Virus record (IMG/VR): IMGVR_UViG_2526164631_000038
Reading direction: 5' to 3' (one strand)
Length of the DNA: 43,688 nt
DNA from: a virus
Taxonomy: Duplodnaviria > Heunggongvirae > Uroviricota > Caudoviricetes
This document shows, one piece after another, positions 39,801-43,688 of the stretch. The position numbers were made by a program, and so were the translations under genes. The notes under the pieces are model-generated. The model was given only the letters and a program-made list of their open reading frames with translations, had not been told where the DNA came from and did no database searches. The stretch's first letter is position 1, and each line of letters starts with the position of its first letter.

Positions 39801-40022
39801 TTTTTCTGGATCTTCGTCAACAAAGATGCTGGCTATCACTGGGTGGCCGTCGTGGAAGCCTCGCAGGAACTCCTGGAACTTGGTCGACAGGAATATCGCC
39901 GGACGCTACGACAGATAAACGAAGCTCTGGAGACAAACAACTGGCCAGCACCGATTACCGAAAGTTATACCGACGAATTAAACGACTTTGATCTTCGTCG
40001 TCTTGAAGCACTGAGCATCTGA
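36879..40022 (+). CDS. recE: RecE-like exonuclease VIII (PD-(D/E)xK C-terminal domain) with long acidic N-terminal/middle region
   Basis: 1047-aa ORF; C-terminal ...IRVRPDIEIRLPYESICADVKSVS... nuclease-like motif; followed by a RecT-family gene as in Rac. Confidence 0.65.
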   Translation: MSTDKQVYPLYYEAKNDKVRKRLGIKGGFYWAEAKKLSIAISRGAVAIDDAGYDEDDFKKPVRVNLPIVDDLPPEGVFDTEFCNRYEKGGEDGITMVFIAPSPSAQGKPASTDNTNVNGEDMTEIEENMLLPISGQELPIRWLAQHGSEKPVTHVSRDELQALHIARAEELPAVTALAISHKTSLLDSLEIRDLHKLVRDTDKVFPNPGNSDLGLITAFFEAYLDADYTDRGLLTKEWMKGNRVSRITRTASGANAGGGNKTDRNPNLVHTLDTLDVEIAAATLPMDFNIYEIPGSVYRRAKEVVLNKESPFKEWSAALRATPGILDYSRAAIFALIRSAHPEFYHYPGRLQGYINAYLTETDHENPSKETLTAARHTPEKDILEEINREVVTERETEEEKPQPSDAMAGEQATTETMEPDTTEHGQNAQSLDAQSQVSSANQVKVTADEVNKIMQAANISQPDADKLLAVSRGEFVEGISDPNDPKWVKGIQTRDSVNQNQHESERNDQKAEQNSPNALQNEPETKQSEPVAQQEPEKVFTACGQSGGGNCPDCGAVMGDATYQETFDEENQVEVQENDPEEMEGAEHPHKENAGSNPHCDCSDEAGEATAPVVTEIMWPSYFEPGRYENLPNEVYHSANGISSTMLKDARISLMYYHGRHIAGTILGEESDALLRGRIIHSYVLETDKFADEYAIPVPVPEYVVTTSNELIAIIKKHNASLPALMTPEQMKEWIESYNSTLIQPLSVSAGAEETGILYGSLPEEFRRIPEGEKHTASAMKACIKEYNASLPPLLKASGTREQLLEQIETVDPELAKKERAKSLPYNISGTKEQLTEIARKIRPELVTLEDWQKCQQEENAGKTFISPDMYEQAKNIHAALQNNTDAARLLNHPDRKSEISYFGFDEETGLEIRVRPDIEIRLPYESICADVKSVSLGYVRQERLKDRLHREIIERDYHLSAAMYCDVANLDKFFWIFVNKDAGYHWVAVVEASQELLELGRQEYRRTLRQINEALETNNWPAPITESYTDELNDFDLRRLEALSI

Positions 40023-40033
40023 GGAAGGACACA

Positions 40034-41086
40034 ATGAACGAATTAACTCAACAAGAAAATATTAACTCTAATGTTGCGGTTTTCAGCCCTCAGTCCCTGG
40101 CTGCAATTCAGACATTTTCCCAGGTAATGGCTTCCGGCATGGCTACTGTACCGGAACACCTCCGGGGAAATCCATCAGACTGCATGGCCATCACCATGCA
40201 GGCGATGCAGTGGCAAATGAACCCTTACGCAGTAGCTCAGAAAACTTTCGTTGTGAATGGTGTGCTCGGATATGAAGCGCAACTGGTTAATGCCGTAATC
40301 AGTACTCGTGGGCCGCTAACCGGGCGTATTGAATATGACTGGTTCGGGCCGTGGGAAAAAATTATCGGGAAATTTGAAATTAGGAAGAACGACAAGGGGA
40401 AAGAATATCGTGTACCTGGCTGGAAGCTGGCCGATGAAAACGGGATCGGAGTTCGCGTCCAGGCAACACTACGCGGAGAGAGCAAGCCACGCGTACTGGA
40501 GTTACTTCTGGCGCAGGCCAGAACACGTAACTCAACGTTATGGGCCGATGATCCTCGCCAGCAGCTTGCCTATCTGGCACTGAAACGCTGGGCGCGCCTT
40601 TATTGCCCTGAAGTGATTCTTGGAGTGTACACCCGGGACGAACTGGACGAACCACAGGAAAAAATCATTAATCCGGTTCAGGAACATAAAAATACATCCG
40701 CCTGCCGTGCGGAACGTGAAACAACAATTATTGAGCAGGATGCCGGGGAAAACTGGATCAGTGCTTTCCGTGAACGTATTGAGCAGGCACAAAGCACCGG
40801 AGAAACAACATCACTTCGCCAGGAAGTGGAAGATCATAAAAATACTCTTGGCGCTCTCTACACAGAACTTAAAGGAAAAGTGGTTCAGCGTCATCACCGT
40901 CTCAATGCTATTGCCCGTATTGAGACGATGATAAATGACCTGCCTTCATCAGGTGATCCAGAAGCAGAACAAAAATTTATTGCTCTGGAAAATACGCTGA
41001 ATGCTGCACGACCACATCTGGGAGAATTATATGAGGCGTATAAAACGACACTGACAGATATGAAACCAGAATATATCGGCTCCTGA
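40034..41086 (+). CDS. recT: RecT/Red-beta family single-strand annealing protein
   Basis: 350 aa; ...QQLAYLALKRWARLYCPEVILGV... resembles the conserved Bet/RecT core; operon partner of the exonuclease. Confidence 0.7.
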   Translation: MNELTQQENINSNVAVFSPQSLAAIQTFSQVMASGMATVPEHLRGNPSDCMAITMQAMQWQMNPYAVAQKTFVVNGVLGYEAQLVNAVISTRGPLTGRIEYDWFGPWEKIIGKFEIRKNDKGKEYRVPGWKLADENGIGVRVQATLRGESKPRVLELLLAQARTRNSTLWADDPRQQLAYLALKRWARLYCPEVILGVYTRDELDEPQEKIINPVQEHKNTSACRAERETTIIEQDAGENWISAFRERIEQAQSTGETTSLRQEVEDHKNTLGALYTELKGKVVQRHHRLNAIARIETMINDLPSSGDPEAEQKFIALENTLNAARPHLGELYEAYKTTLTDMKPEYIGS

Positions 41087-41149
41087 TATTTACTATGGCG
41101 GTGTAGCCTCACCGCCATAACAAAACTTTATTTTATGAGAGAAAAGACA

Positions 41150-41344
41150 ATGCGGTATGAAAAAGTCAAACCATGTCCGTTTTGTGGTTGTCCATCAGTA
41201 ACGGTGAAAGCCATTTCAGGATATTACCGCGCAAAGTGTAACGGATGCGAATCCCGAACCGGCTATAGTGGAAGTGAAAAAGAAGCACTCGAAAGATGGA
41301 ATAAACGAACTACTGGAAATAATAATGGAGGTGTTCATGTATAA
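41150..41344 (+). CDS. lar: Lar-family restriction alleviation protein
   Basis: 64 aa from MRYEKVKPCPFCGCP...CNGCESR, a zinc-ribbon of the Lar/RalR type; Rac-like position. Confidence 0.65.
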   Translation: MRYEKVKPCPFCGCPSVTVKAISGYYRAKCNGCESRTGYSGSEKEALERWNKRTTGNNNGGVHV

Positions 41345-41525
41345 AATTACTGCCACTATTGAAAAGGAAGGTGGCACTCCTACTAACTGGACAAGATATT
41401 CAAAATCTAAATTAACGAAATCAGAATGCGAAAAAATGCTCTCAGGGAAAAAAGAAGCAGGCGTTTCCAGAGAGCAGAAAGTAAAGCTGATAAATTTTAA
41501 TTGCGAGAAACTTCTGTCCTCGTGA
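41337..41525 (+). CDS. small hypothetical protein (62 aa)
   Basis: ATG preceded by GGAGG; between lar and xis. Confidence 0.4.
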   Translation: MYKITATIEKEGGTPTNWTRYSKSKLTKSECEKMLSGKKEAGVSREQKVKLINFNCEKLLSS

Positions 41526-41625
41526 GTTGCATTATATACAAATTAGAACTTCATAGCTGATTATTAAAAATCAACCACATCCGCCAGTATTCTGTATATT
41601 TACTGGCGGTCATATCGTAAGAGGT

Positions 41626-41913
41626 ATGGCAATGAATCTTGTGACACTCAAAACGTGGGGAAAACTCAGATATCCGGATAACCCACCATCAATATCAACG
41701 CTGAGACGATGGGCAAGGAATGGAAACATTTATCCTGCACCTGAACTACACGGGAGGAGTTACAGGGTGGTTCCGGAGGCTTTCTATATCAACCCAAATA
41801 AGGTTGATACCGATATAACACACCATCAGCCTAATGGGCGACAAGGGAGAGACAGTCCGTTACTGGAGAAGTTAAAACATGCAGCGGAAAAAATACGATC
41901 CCAATTTGCCTAA
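41626..41913 (+). CDS. xis: excisionase-like protein
   Basis: 95-aa ORF immediately upstream of and overlapping the integrase; ...SISTLRRWARNGNIYPAPELHGRSYRVVPEAFYINP resembles lambdoid Xis. Confidence 0.6.
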   Translation: MAMNLVTLKTWGKLRYPDNPPSISTLRRWARNGNIYPAPELHGRSYRVVPEAFYINPNKVDTDITHHQPNGRQGRDSPLLEKLKHAAEKIRSQFA

Positions 41914-42955
41914 AAACTTAACATATCGAAGGAGGGACAAAGCATATTACTGGCGCAACCCTCTGACGAAAGAAGAATTTACACTAGGTAAAATTTCAAG
42001 AAGAGATGCAGTAGCGCAGGCAATTGAAGCAAATCATTATATATACAAAAACTACTCTCCTGCTGCCTTAATTGAAAAGCTTAAAGGGTTCGACTCATTT
42101 ACTATGGCAGACTGGATTGAACGTTACAAAACGATTCTTATAAGGAGAAAAGTGTCCAGAAATACTTATAAAATTCGGGTAAATCAACTGGAGACAATAA
42201 AAGAAAAATTGGGAGAGATTTTACTGACAGAAATAACCACTCGCCATATTGCCGAGTTTCTTGATTTGTGGATTGAAGGAGGGAAAAACACAATGGCAGG
42301 ATCAATGCGTTCTGTGTTGTCTGATATGTTTCGTGAGGCCATTGTTGAAGGACGTATATCTCAAAATCCAGTAACACCAACAAGAGCACCGAAAATAGTA
42401 GTTACAAGAGAACGACTGAAACTAAAGACATACAACTGCATCAGGGAGGCAGCAGATCAACTTCCGGCATGGTTCCCATTAGCTATGGATTTAGCCCTTG
42501 TAACAGGACAACGTCGCGAAGACATAACGAATATGCGGTTTAGTGATATTTATGATGATCGTCTCCACATCAGGCAAATTAAGACAGGAATGATGATTGC
42601 TATCCCCCTGTCACTCAGCCTTCCTGTCGCTGGTCTACGGCTTGGTACAGTAGTTGAACAGTGCCGCCTGGTAAGCCGGGGAGATTATCTAATCAGTGCC
42701 GGGATTAGAAAAAACAGCCCTGACGGCAGCATTCACCCGGATGGCCTGACAAAAAAATTTGTCGCAGCCAGAAAATTAACAGGTATCCAGTTCAGTGAAA
42801 ACCCACCAACTTTTCACGAGATCAGAAGTCTGGCTGGACGATTGTACAAAGAAACATGTGGAGAAGAATTTGCTCAGCGTCTACTTGGCCACACATCGGA
42901 GAAGACAACAAAAATGTACCTTGATGAGAGAGAAAAAACGTACGTACTGCTCTGA
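41879..42955 (+). CDS. int: tyrosine site-specific integrase
   Basis: 358 aa; C-terminal catalytic region ...[13 protein letters not shown]...[18 protein letters not shown] with the R...HxxR...Y pattern; adjacent to attR. Confidence 0.9.
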   Translation: MQRKKYDPNLPKNLTYRRRDKAYYWRNPLTKEEFTLGKISRRDAVAQAIEANHYIYKNYSPAALIEKLKGFDSFTMADWIERYKTILIRRKVSRNTYKIRVNQLETIKEKLGEILLTEITTRHIAEFLDLWIEGGKNTMAGSMRSVLSDMFREAIVEGRISQNPVTPTRAPKIVVTRERLKLKTYNCIREAADQLPAWFPLAMDLALVTGQRREDITNMRFSDIYDDRLHIRQIKTGMMIAIPLSLSLPVAGLRLGTVVEQCRLVSRGDYLISAGIRKNSPDGSIHPDGLTKKFVAARKLTGIQFSENPPTFHEIRSLAGRLYKETCGEEFAQRLLGHTSEKTTKMYLDEREKTYVLL

Positions 42956-43023
42956 TTTTAACGTAAATGGATTGTTAAATGTATTTTGGTTGTGATATAA
43001 CCAAAAAAGACCGGAATACAGAA

Positions 43024-43049
43024 ATTCGAGTAAATTTCGGGGAATTTCG
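43024..43049. repeat. degenerate extra copy of the sdsR 3'-end/att sequence
   Basis: AAAAAAGACCGGAATACAGAAATTCG resembles AAAAAAGACCGAATACGATTCCTG at 43087..43110. Confidence 0.4.
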
Positions 43050-43052
43050 GGG

Positions 43053-43075
43053 AGACGTTTACAACTGATTGATTT
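43053..43075. promoter_or_regulatory. tandem direct repeats, candidate integrase arm-type sites
   Basis: AAATTTCGGGGA followed by ATTTCGGGGAG, between the integrase and the att core; a similar motif is at 1227..1240. Confidence 0.45.
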
Positions 43076-43086
43076 TAAATACAATT

Positions 43087-43188
43087 AAAAAAGACCGAAT
43101 ACGATTCCTGTATTCGGTCCAGGGAAATGGCTCTTGGGAGAGAGCCGTGCGCTAAAAGTTGGCATTAATGCAGGCTTAGTTGCCTTGC
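43087..43188 (-). ncRNA. sdsR: SdsR (RyeB) small RNA
   Basis: Minus-strand sequence GCAAGGCAACTAAGCCTGCATTAATGCCAACTTTTAGCGCACGGCTCTCTCCCAAGAGCCATTTCCCTGGACCGAATACAGGAATCGTATTCGGTCTTTTTT matches SdsR as recalled, including the terminator hairpin; CTATTCT -10 just upstream. Confidence 0.85.
43093..43117. repeat. attR: right copy of the attachment-site repeat, forming the present 3' end of sdsR
   Basis: GACCGAATACGATTCCTGTATTCG matches the attL copy at 1075..1098 with two mismatches. Confidence 0.75.
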
Positions 43189-43278
43189 CCTTTAAGAATA
43201 GATGACGACGCCAGGTTTTCCAGTTTGCGTGCAAAATGGTCAATAAAAAGCGTGGTGGTCATCAGCTGAAATGTTAAA

Positions 43279-43317
43279 AACCGCCCGTTCTGGTGAAAGA
43301 ACTGAGGCGGTTTTTTT
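43279..43317. terminator. bidirectional terminator hairpin between sdsR/ryeA and yebY
   Basis: CCGCC...GGCGG stem with inner GTTCT/AGAAC pairing, flanked by AAAAA on the left and TTTTTTT on the right. Confidence 0.5.
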
Positions 43318-43346
43318 ATTGGAAATCAAAAGGCTATTTTAGGTAA

Positions 43347-43688
43347 TTAACAGAGTTTTTCAGCTCGTTCTATAAACGGTGCCAGACTCATTTTTTCGCC
43401 GGGATTGTTAGGATCATCAATCTGAATCACCGAAATGGGTTGGGCTTTAGTCTTCCCACTGGCAACTTCCTTTTGTGCGATATCGTTTAAAGGATACTGC
43501 ACGAGGGTACTTGGGTTGATGACATACAAAGCATTACCCGGTCGGCAAGTCAGCATCACCTCTTCGCGATTAAACGCCCATTTGTCTTTACCCACTTCAA
43601 AACGGCTGACGGTAATCACCTGCGGTGCAGCCAGCGCCGCTGCAGAACTGGTGAGTAACAGAAACGCCAGAATACTTTTTTTCATCAT
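43347..43688 (-). CDS. yebY: periplasmic protein YebY-like
   Basis: 113 aa with signal peptide [20 protein letters not shown]; matches E. coli YebY as recalled; host gene to the right of the sdsR locus. Confidence 0.75.
   Translation of the reverse strand: MMKKSILAFLLLTSSAAALAAPQVITVSRFEVGKDKWAFNREEVMLTCRPGNALYVINPSTLVQYPLNDIAQKEVASGKTKAQPISVIQIDDPNNPGEKMSLAPFIERAEKLC

Larger units (their letters stand above)
1075..43117. mobile_element. integrated prophage: lambdoid regulation, Rac-like early region, Mu-like myovirus tail, about 42 kb
   Basis: Flanking direct repeats, integrase/excisionase at one end, invertase and tail fibres at the other, full structural, lysis, replication and immunity gene sets in between; host genes pphA and yebY outside. 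Confidence 0.9.

Overview
This window is an Escherichia-type chromosomal segment (yebW, pphA at the left; sdsR sRNA, yebY at the right) interrupted by a roughly 42-kb prophage, about 1075..43117, integrated in the sdsR/ryeA small-RNA locus. The prophage is flanked by an imperfect ~24-bp direct repeat (GACCGAA[C/T]ACGATTCCTGT[T/A]TTCG), with the integrase and excisionase at the right end. Left to right it carries: a Pin/Gin-type DNA invertase with an invertible tail-fibre cassette; Mu-like contractile-tail and baseplate genes on the minus strand (including two moron genes and a baseplate gene with an in-frame TGA); tape measure and a tail chaperone with a probable -1 frameshift site; head genes, portal and terminase; a lambda-type lysis cassette; a membrane-protein cargo gene between Q and the holin; Q, ybcO/ybcN-like genes and a hok toxin; an AT-rich island with a convergent two-gene module that I consider the best candidate for an uncharacterised defence system; a Rac-like replication and immunity region; and a RecE/RecT/Lar early-left operon. 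All protein-family assignments are from reading the translations and recalling families from memory; no database search was run.
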